Assembly (NCBI GenBank): GCA_003693705.1 | Contig: RBZT01000990.1 | Span: 1-57,632 of the forward strand | Length of the DNA stretch: 57,632 nucleotides | Direction: 5' to 3' | Source of the DNA: Polymyxa betae A26-41 | Lineage: Eukaryota; Protista; Endomyxa: Phytomyxea | Part shown: positions 13,983 through 27,885 of the stretch, piece by piece | How positions within the stretch are numbered: position 1 is the stretch's first letter | Layout of the letters: each line of letters opens with the position of its first letter | Notes under the pieces: generated by a model | Databases searched by the model: none | What the model saw: only the letters and a program-made list of their open reading frames with translations | Told to the model about the DNA's origin: nothing | Made by a program: the position numbers and the translations under genes

Positions 13983-14121
13983 AACTGCAATGTGATACTC
14001 TTTAATACGTAAGAGTTACTCTATTTATATTGAGAAATACGCACTTTTAGACATTGTTTTGTGTTAATTTCCAGCGATTGTCTCCTAACGAGATCTTTAT
14101 GGAAATGATATTATAATATTA

Positions 14122-15461
14122 GGAGTACAAATCCATATTACAGACATTATCCCAACATTATCTTTCGTTCAAGTTCAACTTGAGAGAATGTCAATATCTC
14201 CTATATCAAGAGCTGATATGATAGCACAGACTATGTCATATAGATTACATTCAACTGGGGTTGCATTCAGATCAGGTCAATTAGCTCCATCGTATCGTGC
14301 TAAACCTTTACTTCCTGGATTATCTATACAAATTGAGGTATATTCAGTCCATCCATTTTCTTTTTTAAACTTGTAATAATAAGAGATGCTGCCAGATCCA
14401 TAAAGAACGCCTAAAACCTCGAACTGATCGTTATATTCGAATTCGTGATAAAAGCGAGAATGAATCAGCACGTTCTATAATATGTTCACATATGAAGTAT
14501 TTGAATACTTTATGTCATTCACCAACAGCTTATACACCTATGTCTATATTCGGTAATCATTAATCATCAATTACAAACCATTTCTATTATTCCATTTTCG
14601 AGACTATGCACCTATTTGTATTCACCTGAACTCAATCTCAGTTTATTATTATTCAATCTGATTTGTGCTCTTAGGCAGAATTAGTGGACCGAAATTCACA
14701 CAATCCGGTTATGCTTGTTATCACTTGAAATCTCCATTACTTTTTATTGATAAAATCGTGATCCATGACACATTGGAGCTTGTATCATGCCCTGAAAGAA
14801 TTACTGCCATGCTGGAAAGCCCTTTAGGGATTTCATGTACGATCGCTTGCCTATAGCAATGCACTTATTTCTAACGTGGTACTGGTCCACAGGTCCATTT
14901 TATCGTGTTCTACCATGGATTTGTGATCCGATTCAAGTTGAAGATGTTGATGCCCGGTCCCAAATTCAAACTTATATGACAGAGATATCACATAGCGATT
15001 TGTATATGAAATCAACATTTAAGATCGATGGTGCTGGAGAGGGTCTCATCTTCTTTCCCCAACTACCTTCAATATCAATCACGTATGCTTTTAAATACGG
15101 TATCACGAACTGTTTAATGAAACCTGTTTATGTTAGGCAATACAATGAGCTGAGTTTTATGGCTTGCGCCACTAGAAATGTGGATCATTTCTCGGCTTTA
15201 TCACAAAGAATTGGTTCGGAGCTGGCCCGAAAAATTCAGGATTTCGTTCAAGCTAACTTAACTATGGATATGTTGGAGAAAAGCATGGAGAATCTGACGT
15301 TAGATAAAGCAAATACTCGACAGGTGATGAACAACGCTATCGCCGTAATTCGAGACAAACAAAAGACATTGCAGCTATATGGATTTCCACAGGCTGAGAT
15401 GGAACATGCTGTTGGTAAAACTGCAGCTGAATGGTTTATTGATAAATGTAATAACATCTAA
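14122..15461 (+). CDS. Rnl2-like RNA ligase homolog, predicted catalytically inactive (true start slightly upstream, unresolved)
   Basis: Spliced order YRAKPLLPG, IFGRISGP, LVSCPERI, VLPW, FKIDGAGEGLIFFP, IQDFVQANLT..LEK, AVGKTAAEWF parallels Rnl2-type ligases (motif I KxHG, III FGEW, IV EGxV, V FKxK, helical C-domain). Only motif IV is intact. Confidence 0.6.
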
Positions 15462-15538
15462 ATTGCACATGGAAGATGGGCATAAGAAACAGAAATGTAT
15501 AATTTGAAGGCTAAAGAATTAAGCAATGGAATTAATGA

Positions 15539-18500
15539 TTATATGGTATTAAGCAAGGTAAAATCTGAAGCAGGAACTGTGGCCGGAATCGGGCGATTAT
15601 CACCACCGGATAAATCCATCTTCTCAGGTTTTTTCATTAAGAAATCCTCAATGATGCGCTGCTGCTTTTCAAGCTGTGTGCGGATCTGAGACATCGCCTC
15701 GGCAGATTGCTAAACATCAACATTTCAGATCTGTTACAACGGAAGAAGGAAATCAACAGACCTGGCGGCGGCCTTTACGAGATCCACGAAGAAGGTCATC
15801 CACAACCAACCCTTTCGAGAATGCGTTATGGAACGTGAGTCGTGTTTGAATATAAGCCGGGAAATAAAGCAACGCTAACAGCATAACAGGAATCAATAAG
15901 CTGAGACCCAAGAAATAGTGATATATCTTGCAGAGTTGGACAACAACCGGCCATCGAGCTCCATTCACCTTAAGCAGATACAATTAGAGGATATCAAACA
16001 GAATAGAGATTGCTGCAAACCATTAAGCAAGAGACGCAGCTGGCCAGACAGAACAAGACACCAAGAATGGTTTGCAAGCTGGCTTCAAGACTGGAGATCT
16101 GAACATGAGCCCAGGCAATTGCTGCAATCGGCAGAATAATCAGGAAAAAGCAGAGCATTGCATTGATCGAACGTCCAACGCATTGACTACGTGAATGTCG
16201 ATGACAACGGAAAATGAAGGGCAACGCGATCGAGGTAATGACGGCCTAAATTACAGAAGTTTCAATACTGGGATAAATAAGACACGCTTATTGGAACATT
16301 CAATGAAAGCACAAACATTAAGAAGTTGGAAATACGATTGATAGCACATACTATGGTGCAACAGACGACAGAGAATACTGATGATTGAGCATTATTAAGC
16401 AGACCAAGTCCAATTAGAACATAACGCTGTTTGAAGATACACAAAGCCAGACGAGAGTTCCAATCAAGGTTTTTCTGGTAGGCATTCTCCTCTTCAAACC
16501 ATGCCTAAATATCATTAATCAAGATGGATTATGTTAATAAAACTAGAGGGAAAGTTACCCGCCATGATTGCCCGCTATTGCCCTCTTTACGATGCAACCA
16601 ACGAAGGAAATCGATACCGTCATCAACACTCTTGTCCCATTCAAACGCCATCGGATTAAACCAGAAAGGAGCAAAGCCTACAACATTGATTGAATTCAAG
16701 GTGATTTTTAAGACCAAGTGCAATAGGTACTCCAAGAAATGGCCAACATCCAGAGAGGCCACATAGATGACCAATACACATGAGGAGCACTAGTAAATTG
16801 ATGATATAGTGAAATACAGATATAGAGCTCCAGAGCCTAGATTATCCCAGTTATCAAATTAACGATTAAAGAAACAGCAATTAATCCTGAAACCTTGCTG
16901 AAATGTGACGCCGCATGAAACCGATAAATCTCTGCGAAAGCCTCATGTTTTGTAATAAACCCACGACCGGTTGGGCGATATTTGGCACCACCTGCTAGAA
17001 TGGTTCGCTCGAAATAATAAGCCTTTGTGGCTACAATACAAAAATGGTTAAATTAGCGATTGATTATAAGCAGACTATAAATGTCATTTACCCATAGCGA
17101 AACAGAAAAATAAAGGGCCTCCAGTTAGAAGCATCTGCATTGTCAATATGGCAGCCGTACGAAATCCACGACTAACACCAAGTGTAGCTAACAATATTGG
17201 TTCAAATATACTCCACAGTTAATCATAGATTGAAATACCGAGAATAGGAAGTGTTGTCAGGAATCCGATCATTCCAAACCAGTAGGCACCAGATGAGATG
17301 CCAGCAAACTGATCCATAAAGTTGAATCCGAATAATGACCAGAGTAACTTGGAGTAGATTAGAACGAACACAGCAAAGATCGTGAAAGAGTTATTGAAAT
17401 AAAAGCCCAGACCACCAGTATAGAACGACATCAGACGGAAGAAATCGAACTTCTCAGCTAAACGCGCCACATCTCTCGAGAATGATTGTTCAGCAGCACC
17501 TATATGAGGAAATTTTAGAACCCATTGAAAATGGAGATGGAATGTCAATCATCTTCAAGTAATAGCTAAGTATTCTAAAAGCAGAAAATTTGAAATGGAG
17601 AATACCTTGAGAGAGTTTAGCCTCGAATGTAGTCAGCTGTTGTAGACCAACATCACGTCCTTTGCCAATCTCCATATATTCTCGAAATACAACACTACCA
17701 CCACGTAATGTTGTATTATAGCCAGCAAATATATCTTCACTTAGATTGATACCACGGCTGGCTTTAGATATACCACCACGAGTAATATGAAATAATTTAT
17801 CGAATACATCTGGATGACCATAGTGCATTCTAGTAGGTAATTGATAAATAACTTAAAAAATGATCAAATAGTTGAACAAACCGAATTTTTAAAGGATTAG
17901 CAAGAACACGCTGACCCAGAGTTACAAACACGCCTTCTTGCAATGCCATATAATTGGCGATACTTGATAAACGACTTGTAAAGATGTGTTCAGCGAATCC
18001 AACAATGGTAACAGGACGGTCTAACGAGCCACAATCGAACTCCTATAAAGTGATATTAACTGATGGCATTGAAGTGTTGAAGTGCACAACCTGAAGAATA
18101 TTTCGCATTTTGAGGGCTTCCTCAAAGTAAGCATCTTGATTCATATCAACAGTTTGAAGCATTTCACCACGTGTAAATATAATGGCATGACTTTGATTCT
18201 CAGGTTTTCCTGCAGAATCCATTAAGATTCAATAAGATGATCTGATATAATGTGAACCTTCTCCAACGATGGGATTGCCAGGAAGTTTGATGCGATAGAC
18301 TTCTTGAACTTCAGGCTTGCCATCAATAAGTACAGATTTAATCAAAACTGAGAAATGTTCCTCGACTTCTACAGTTGCACCGGATTCGTCATGAACAGCA
18401 ACCTGGTAAATGTTCAACCATGAGAGACAATAATAATGATCAAATTGAAATAAATGAGCTAGTATATCCGAATAATACAAAAAAACGAAGTGAATTGAAT

Positions 18501-21500
18501 CGGATGAAAGCAACTAAAATATAATCAGTTGATTACCTGAACAGTATCGATATAGGCAACACGAAGGGTTGGATATTGTGAGAGCATATATTCAATATCT
18601 GTAGCACGAGGATCTCCAGTTCTTTTCTGAACCCCGTAACGTTGACACGTTACAATGTATGTCATCTTCTGTAACGCAAGATTGGCTAAATCGTCATTAC
18701 TATGGAAGTTAGATAGGACAAGGCGACACTGAGCAATGGATTCATTACTTGAGATGCGGCTCTTCAAGACGTGCTAGTAGCTGTAAAGCTTCATCATGTT
18801 GCATCATGCCTGAGACAGTACGGAACAGAGTCTGACCACGATTTGTGGCCCATAGCTGGGCCTGTATTGTCCATATTAGAATCCTACAATGATGTATAAA
18901 GGGATCTCACCAGATGGCCTTTATCGCTATCAAGTATATCGGTATCGAGAGGATCAGCACCAACTCGTTCACAAAAATTGGCCCATTCATCACTGAAGAT
19001 AGTTTTTAGGTAAAGAAGGGGTGATACACCATCTTCAGTCTCTTTCAATAGCTCTGATCTACTATAGATAACATCCTCGGAATAGAATGGAGTGAGAATG
19101 GATAATGAATACATGCTGCGAACACTTGGTGCTGCTGGCATATCCATAAAGAGAGAATTGACAAACATCCTATATCGATGTTCAGTCTTCAATTCACACA
19201 AATACGATTAAAATACTAACTGCATGCGACGTCTTGCTTCGTAAGATTTAGGTCGGGCATCAATAACGGCCAAAGTCAATAATGTATACAGAGAGTTGAT
19301 TTCAGACTTGCTCTGTGGATGTCGTAATAGACTATGAACACGTTCAACAGCATAGTCCTCGTTATGAAAGAATCCATCAGGTTTTGATACAATAGCTTTG
19401 ATTGAATCCACGACTTCTGGACGTTGTGAACAACTCTTGATCACATCCATCAAAGTACGCATCTGCCGAGTCGTTGTAAAAATACGAAACAACGAACGAA
19501 AAACGATAATAGAGCAAAGTTGATACGTTTGAAGGATTACGAGAACTGGACGTCAGAAGCATAAAAAGTGGCGTTAAATCTAATCTCAATATCACCTGAG
19601 TTCTGAGAACACGAACCTCACCATGAGGTAATGGAGCTGTTTGTCCCAATTTTGTCAACATTAAGAGCATACCAGAGCTCTGTTCGCGTTTGATGGTGTG
19701 TGGTGATGATCGTGACATCATACGAGCTGGTGTCGGTTGTGCTCCTGAAATATAATATCATTTAGAATATAAGCAGGCAGAAATGATTATGATAACGAAC
19801 CAGAATCAGTATTTTGAGGTTTCTGTTTTTGCTTCAAAGCGACAACCAAGAGACGGACCAGATCCAATAGACCGTCTTTAACAGCACCGAATTTACGAAC
19901 ATCGTACGTTTCTAAGATACTCTGACGACGGAAACAATTTAACAGATGATCCAACAAAGTTGATATCTCTTTTGAATGCCTGATCACTTATTAGTTCATG
20001 CCATCAAGCTCATAGATTAATTGGTGACAAAATGCAAACAAAACAATAGAATTTTGGCGGCAAGATGTGGTTGATGATATAGATTTGCATTGTAAGATAG
20101 AGATTGATTTGAAAGAGAAGAATTGAGACAAACCTGTCACCAAGAAGTGATCGTAGAATCCAATTAGATGCTGTCCATAATTGAGCAATAGAATCTTTCA
20201 TACGAGGATCCGATGTAATCAAATGTGTCAAATTAAGCTCATATGTTGGACGAGTTCCAATTCCATCAGCCCGGCGCTCGGCATCGATTTGTATGGCCAA
20301 CTGCAAAGCATCATCAAGAGCACCTGTTCATGATGATTACTAAGATAATTAGTTGAAAATTGATAGAGATTGCTGAACCTGCACAGAGAAAGAGAGGCAA
20401 TCTCAGCTGATCTTGCTGCATTCGGAACTGCAACATATCACGTTCTGCATTACTTAATAAATCACGATTTCGCATATCCTTCACGAAACCAGCCCAGGCC
20501 TCAGCGAACCGTCCCCTGTAATAATATTAATTATCAAGATTATGCAATAGACGATGACAGCCAACCAAGTTTCAGACGATAAATCGACATCAGTCTGTGA
20601 AACACCATCGGAATGCACAATATGTGGAATGTGTTCATTTTTAAGTAAAGGTTGAGATAGCTCAGACAGTTGAATTGCAGAAGGTCCTGGACGACGTCGT
20701 AAAGAACCTGGAGCAGCGTCAACCCGAATCTGAACTGGATGTGATGCACTGTTGATCAATTTCTTCTCAAATTCTGATGCAATATCCATAAATCGAGATT
20801 GAATCATGCTGAAATATCGAATCTGCAAAGAAGAGTTTTCAGTTCGGACGCAGTTAACTTACAGAACAGAAATAACAAATAATCGAAGACGAAGTTTTTT
20901 CAACAAGCAACTAACCTCTCCGAGTTTCTGGTAGACGCCAACAAAAGCGCCAACACCAGCCGACCATATAGAATACCAAACACTGAGATCAATCATGAAG
21001 ATAAACCAGAAGGGTAGCCATAATGTCATTAGTAGAAGGTATTGTGAATAAGGGAACAGAACATTCTGATGTGATGGCTCTGATAGTAACTGCACAGTTG
21101 GATATATCAATGGACGAATTTGAAAGAAGAACGAGCATGTGAGCTTGCAGGCGAATAAAGTGATCCAGAATACCTGATACCTGAAAACTCCCTCAATACG
21201 CTGTGTGAACTGTGCCAATTACATTTGTTTGTAAAAGGAAAATAAATGCCACAACCAACCGAAGGCGAAAGTAAAGTATGTAAATTGGATGATAACTATA
21301 ACCGTACCGGAAACATTCACGTTCATGTTCAGCCATGTGATTACCAACATATGATGAATGTGATGGCCACCAGATAGATGACCAACGTAAAATTGGCTCA
21401 TATGAGATCAGTGCTTGACCAAGAGCTGGAATAAATTGTGGTGCCAAACAGATAAGCCAGGGCACTAAATAAATCGATGCCATCCATTCAAACATCATCC

Positions 21501-24288
21501 AGCTAAAGAATAGTGTTAAACCCAGCAATCATACAAGCAGTGGAACAACTCGCCTGCGTTCAGCATTGGCTGGACCGAATTCACTCGTAAAAGACCACAC
21601 GTAATAAAGTGTCAGGCAGATGAATAGACCTCCTTTTAGAAGAAGACGAAAGAAGCAACCAAATGTCTGTGAGGTTGGCATTGATTCCATTCCGGTTAGA
21701 CTCCATAAATACAAAAGTTCACCAGCAAGGTTCATGAAAGACATCGTTAATAAAACACTGCCAAGAACTGAACATCGGAATCAGACATTGTTTTCGAACG
21801 AATGTAAAAGCAATGAACTCGCATTCTTCAAGAAGAAAGACAAATTGATGAGCAACGGCAACTGAAAGCTGATCGAAATTACAATATGGAACAACAGAAA
21901 TAGTAAAAAAATGATAAACTATCATCAATGAGCAGCGATAAGGACCTTTAGTGGTGTTAGGAGGCATGATAGAACTGTCGAGATATTCCATAAAGGCAAT
22001 ACAGGTGAGGATGTGAAAGGATATCGACATGAATGCGAAGACTCGGAAGAAACTCTTCACAGGATGGAACCAGCTGCGACGTTCAACATACGATTTCTTG
22101 GCTGCCAATAGACCATTTGTAATGCCGGGCATGGCACCAAAACGATGAGGTGTTTGAGTCTGTTTAGTAACTCAATTCAAAGCAAAGAAAGGGTAGTAAA
22201 GAATCAAAACAATAAACAACATGTTAGACATAGCAATGAATTTCATGAAAAACGGTGGTGACGAGATGAAAAGCAATTTGTTTAAAGCAAAAATCATGAA
22301 ACGAAAAGAAGTCTGATCGATACCTGAAGTGAGAAAGCCGAATGATGATATTTTAGGCAAGTCTTGTTCCAGAAGAATTCATTGATATCGTCATAATTTA
22401 GACGTGTATCATGATCTCCCTTGGGCTGAGATACAATCACATCGTATATAGGACGGACTACAGCTGCCAGCCAGGTTCCAGGTGGTGTCTTACTAGAAGG
22501 AGCTGGTTGACCACCTTGTGCTTCACTTGACTAAATTACAAATCAGTCATGGAGCCGTTTGTAATTGCAATAACCGCAAATCACAGATACAATGTTTTTT
22601 CAAGACCGAATGTGAAATGAACTTAGCCAGAGACTCTTCATTAGCGAATGAATAATCAGAGATAAGAAAATGCAAACAAAGACGATTAAGAAGTGACAAG
22701 ACAAAAAAGCATGAAAGACGTACTGCTTGATGGAACAGATAACAAATTAGTTCAGGACAATGTCTGAGATTGCTAGCCTCTCCCCATATACACATCCATA
22801 AAGCCAAATCCCAAACAGGAGCCATCGAACCACACGATTGGAACAGAAACGCCTCACGAATTTTCATTCGTTTACACCATTGACGGTAGTTCTCAAAAAT
22901 CTGCAATTTGGTTAGACATGCTGAATACACAAAACGATGCCTCATTCCGACCTTATCGTGTAGACGATCGACAAAATCTGGATGACCATGGCTCTGCATT
23001 GATTGAAGCAGAAAGATTAGGTGTTCCTTTTGATTATCACGATTGTCAAGCTGGAACCCGAACCAATTGGTAACCTCTGTAAAGGCCCGATTAACCTTGT
23101 CATAGACAGGCATCATCGCAGGAGGTAACTCTGCAAAATCCACATAGTTGAAATCAGCTCGATCAGTAGAATCATCAAGGTTTGCCATAGAAGTGCTGCG
23201 CTTAATGAACATTTTATCGGCCTAGAATCAAAATCAGATTAACTGAAGTCAGAAAACGAACGAGAATTCAGAATCATGAAACGCTTTGGTAAAAGCGAAG
23301 AGCAAAATCAAGTTCAAACAAGTCCAGAAATGTGCTTGAAATGATAATTTGCAAGATGATGAAACTCATATACTTCATAGGTAGCAGGCATTGTTCGGCT
23401 GACTGATTTCAAGACATCGGGACCGAGTATAAGAGTTTGAGTAATAAGTGACATGATGGACAGAATCGCCCATGCAATTATAGCAGGTAGGAAGGAGTGA
23501 TTGCCGAAATCATCAGAAGCGAATCCTTTGCTGACTATGGCTAAAAGATAGGATAAGAAATGCCCTTGAAACAGAGAGTCGGTTCCAATCACAATCCCCA
23601 GCGAGCCAACAATTGAGCTAGAGATTGTCATTGTCGTGGTTGGCTTTCCAACTGCCACAATCATCATGATCGTGACCAACAAGAAGGTTAACACAACAAT
23701 GAGATCGTTCTGCAACCAATGTACATGAATTCGTTGTAGAACCATCATAATCGTTAGACCTGTAGTGACATCTGTATCGGCAAGTGCAAAAAGCAAATCA
23801 ATGAAAACCCAATGAAACACTGAACAGCCGCCAAAGCCATCATGATAATGGTCTGAGGGCATACAAAACGAAAATGTCTTGACAGACAGCATGAGTGAGG
23901 TTTTACAAAAACGCTGATAAGTTGTACTAAATAGGTAATGCATCATACCCATTGTAGCACCAAGAGCGGCACCAGAAGCGACATGTCGAATAAGAACTGC
24001 AAGTAGACCAATGAGAGTCAGACCCAAAGCACAGATACAGAATAGAGCTCCTTTAGAACCCAGTCCAGCAGATCCAGAAGGAACAGTTGCATGTATGATA
24101 GCCATACCAGCAGCAATACCCAATGTCAGAGCATAGATACGACGAATCTTACGCCCGAAGAATGCAATAGCAATGCTAATGCAGATCAACGGCAGAGGCA
24201 GAACTCGTAGGAGTGATTCAGGCAGACCGCCATCAACTGAATCGGGCCCATCAGATGGCGGCTCCATGCTAGGATCCGTATCCGCCAT
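15539..24288 (-). CDS. FKS1: 1,3-beta-glucan (callose) synthase, GT48, with N-terminal DUF4203/TMEM198-like membrane domain
   Basis: FGFQLDNRDNQKEHL, IWGEASNLRHCPELICYLF, NYDDINEFFW, YVERRSW, LTPFYSEDV, IKLPGNPIVGEGKPENQ, HYGHPDVFDK, RGGISKASRGINLSEDIFAG, GKGRDVG. ORF 23314-24288 joins in frame through an intron at 23373-23222. Confidence 0.9.
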
Positions 24289-25041
24289 CGAATTTTAATT
24301 TGATAGCGCCCTTCGGGCAGGTACGACCCAGATTCGAAGAAGCGTCCGGGGCTTTGACTGTGTGCAGTACAACAGAAGGGCCGCGTTTCGCTTACGGTAA
24401 TGGTGAGCGAGGACTTGCAGGAAACGAGAGATCCGGCTGACGTGCACGACGATTCGCAAAGATATCTAACTACATGGTAGGTCCGGGCTGCGTCGTCACA
24501 ATTGCGTGATCAATCTGTTCTGAGGGATGATACAGAACGCACAGTTCTTCTACCTCTTCTGTCAACTGTCTGCCAGAATATTTCAATGGGGATACCCCCC
24601 ACATCACGCTATTATTTCGCTCGCACCGCAACGCTGATCTATAAATAGTTGCTCGTAACATTAACCTACTGAAATCACTGTAATCTGAGACCTAAAGATC
24701 TTGCATGTTTAATGGATTTCTTCATGCTTAATCGCTCCCTATGGTGCTTAGGAAACAGGGAAGCCTGTTGACCAAGATCACCGAACTAGATAAATCAAAT
24801 TTGATCCAATTCATCGCTCTTAGGATTTTGAGAATCGTGAATGACGTACGTAGTAAGTGTCAACATCCGAAACGACATTGAATTCTAACTGCTTGATAAC
24901 AGTGAAATATACGCACAAGCTATGGATTACATTGGGAAAAAGCAGCTGGTTATATATCATCGATCGCGGATATTTACTGATTGAATGCATTTTATTAATA
25001 CCATTCGGCATAGGTACATGAGTGGAACAAAATGCTGGGAG

Positions 25042-26311
25042 TCATCTAGGATTGAATAGAACGGATGCACAGCCATAACTAGCGATACCTTGTAGGAATA
25101 TACCAGTTGCTATGGCATGTGCTCCGATAATAAATCGATCTTGCGACCGTAAAAGGAACATGTAGACCCATGCACAATACCAATGATGTAAATGAACACC
25201 TCGGGGAAGCAGCGCCCATAGAATTGCATGAAATGCCAACACTAATGCAATAGATGAAAGATAAAGACGCCCGTACGCCACAGACCATCGTTTCGTCAGC
25301 GCCCATTGATAACATAAAGCGACAACCAGCACACAACCAGCAAATGAATAGCCGACGATGGTCGCGATCGACCAATGCTCCATCGACTGATATGACAGCG
25401 ATGATTGGAACATTGGAAACTCGCAGATAAGTGTGAACACGAAAGCTGAGACCATCAGTAGCAGAATATAACTCGTTCGAAGCACGTGAGTTAGAGCAAC
25501 CGAGCCCAGAAGATACGCCGTCGATGAGCAATGGGCAAGCACTAAACAGCAGCTATTTAGGAAATGCTGAAAGCTATTAGCAAATCAAAGAGTATCGCAA
25601 AGAATAAACTGGATAGGGGAAGAAACTACCAAAGGAAAATAGAAAGAATATCATGAACTGAGCGGGACTGTATCAGAATCCACTACCAACGTACAAAGGT
25701 AATTATTGAATTGATCGGCAGGTTTAAACACATTCTGATCGCTTGGCAGACCAGATCTCACAATAGCTAATCTGAGAATCAGATGGCAGAGGCACATCAG
25801 TATAACATAAGCGAGCAATTCAGCCCAGTTTGAAGGGATGCCATCCAGCATGATTCGCTTCAGATCACGATTCTTTCGGTTTGAAGCCCGGCGCTGAGGC
25901 ATGCGCTGTGTCCCAATCAAAGGCAACGACGGCTCATCAACGGGCTTCTCCTCATCGCCCTCGCTAAAGCGTGCTCGGGGTGAAACTTCCTCGGCGAAGG
26001 CCTGCATCTCGATCGATGCGCGACGCAGCAGATCGGAGAACCGCCCGTCGACCTGTTCGATTTCCAGTGGCTGAATGTTTAAGGCAGATCGGGATTGCGA
26101 CTCGTCTTGATCTATTTTGGAAGGAATCCCGATTTCGGGCACAATTGTTGTATACTTTCTAATGTAAGACCATGATCCAACCAAACAGTACTCGGCAGAA
26201 TATCTCTCTTATAATCGTTTTAGATCAACCGAGATTCGCCGCTCACCTGCCGTCTAACTCCAAATAAAGCCGTTTTGTAAACCAAGTACTTACATAGTGT
26301 GAAGAACTCAT
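25042..26311 (-). CDS. Multi-pass membrane protein with HLHHW motif (unknown function)
   Basis: ORFs 25651-26184 and 25042-25542 are linked by GT-AG introns; several TM segments; GVHLHHWYCAW...HAIATGIFLQGIASYG. Start inferred. Confidence 0.6.
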
Positions 26312-26653
26312 TTAGATAAGTGGAAAAATCGTTTCACCGATGATCCGTTTGATAAGATTGGAGTGGGAATAAATATTAACATCGGAAAGATCAAACTGTA
26401 TTCTCCCTAGGTGAATAATCGATAGTGTGTAATGTATTGCCATACTCAAACCGCGAGTAATCGGTTTACAGTTCGATGATGATGCAATTTCGACCGAAAG
26501 AGAAAATAAAAAGCGAAAAGAAGTGAGAAGCAGAGTACCTGGTGTGGTATGAAGGAGACAGTGCGCGACCCTCTTCTCACAAACAACTCTTTTTATCTTT
26601 CTTTCTGTCAGCTCAGATCCCGTTTCGGCTGCAGAGTCAGCTATCCCGAGCCC

Positions 26654-27740
26654 ATGGTCGGTTCGCTGGGCATCATTTGCAGCAAGATAACATTCATTTA
26701 GGCTACTGAAGAATTGTCTTTTGAAAGTGGTCATGAAGACATGATTCACGACGCCCAGCTCGATTATTTCGGCAGCAGGTTAGCAACCGCATCAGCTGAT
26801 AAATCGATTCGTATATTTGATATTGCTGGAGAACAGCAGACCCTGGTCGCTGAACTCAGAGGGTTCGCTTGTTTTCGCTCGGTTATTCTGCCTAAGATTT
26901 CGTTAGACATGAAGGTCCTGTTTGGTCTGTAGCGTGGGCCCATCCTCAGTTTGAAAGTGTGTTGGCGTCATGCTCCTATGATGGTCGGGTCATTATTTGG
27001 AAGCTCGAAGGTCACTCATGGAATCGGATCTTTACAAGCGAATCAGCACAGTCGTCCGTCAATTCTGTGGCTTGGTGTCCTTCTGAACAAGGTCTTATGC
27101 TGCTTGTATGGAAACTATTTATCGATTTGATTCATTCTTATGCTTTCTGCTTAAGGCTTGTTCGTCGGACAATTCTGTATCCGTTTATACATATATCGAT
27201 AACCAATGGAAAGAAAATCGTTTTTGTGCTCATCTTGGTGGAGTGAATGCGGGCTCATGGTCTCCTGCATTCTCTGGATCATCGCCTCGTTTCGTAACTG
27301 CAGGCAACGATAATCGGCTGAGGTTCTGGCAGCTGCAAGAAGATCAATGGGTTGAACAGAAAGACATTATCGTTGACGAGCCTTTCCATCATTCTGATTG
27401 GGTTCGTGATGTTGCATGGGCTCCAAGCCATGGTATCCCATCACACTGCATAGCAAGTTGCAGCGAGGACAAGACCTGTATAATCTGGACTGAAGTAGGT
27501 CTTCAATCTTTTGGCTCCGCCGCTTATCTGAATGTTTATTTTTAGAGTAGTTCTGGGAAATGGCGAAAATCCAAGGTACTGGAATTTAAACACAAGGTCT
27601 GGCGAGTAAGCTGGTCAATAATGGGCAACATTCTGGCAATTTCCCAGGGCGATAACAAAATCAGCTTGTGGAAAGAATCTCTTGACAATGATTGGGAAGA
27701 ACTCACAACGGTAGACGAACAGAAAGCCCCAGACCAGTGA
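26654..27740 (+). CDS. SEC13: COPII/nuclear pore WD40 protein Sec13
   Basis: [65 protein letters not shown]. The first coding exon is ATG only (intron 26657-26701). Confidence 0.95.
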
Positions 27741-27885
27741 TTGATGCAGTAAATATTGTTTCCTGTAATTATTTGCTGGTAGAACTTCGTTTGTGTCAAT
27801 GTACTATTTATATCGCATAGATAGACGAATGCTTGGACAACGAAGACTTTTTGTGGAAGGAATGTTGTTAGATTTGACTATGTAG

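Noticed and set aside
26200-26216. CTCTCTTATAA motif matching the pogo TIR core
   Set aside because: Isolated short AT-rich match in a probable intron, with no CCGTAG terminus or other TIR motifs.
26312-26749. 145-aa minus-strand ORF overlapping the SEC13 start
   Set aside because: It spans the divergent promoter and SEC13 exons, has no motif, and is not needed for the neighbouring gene model.
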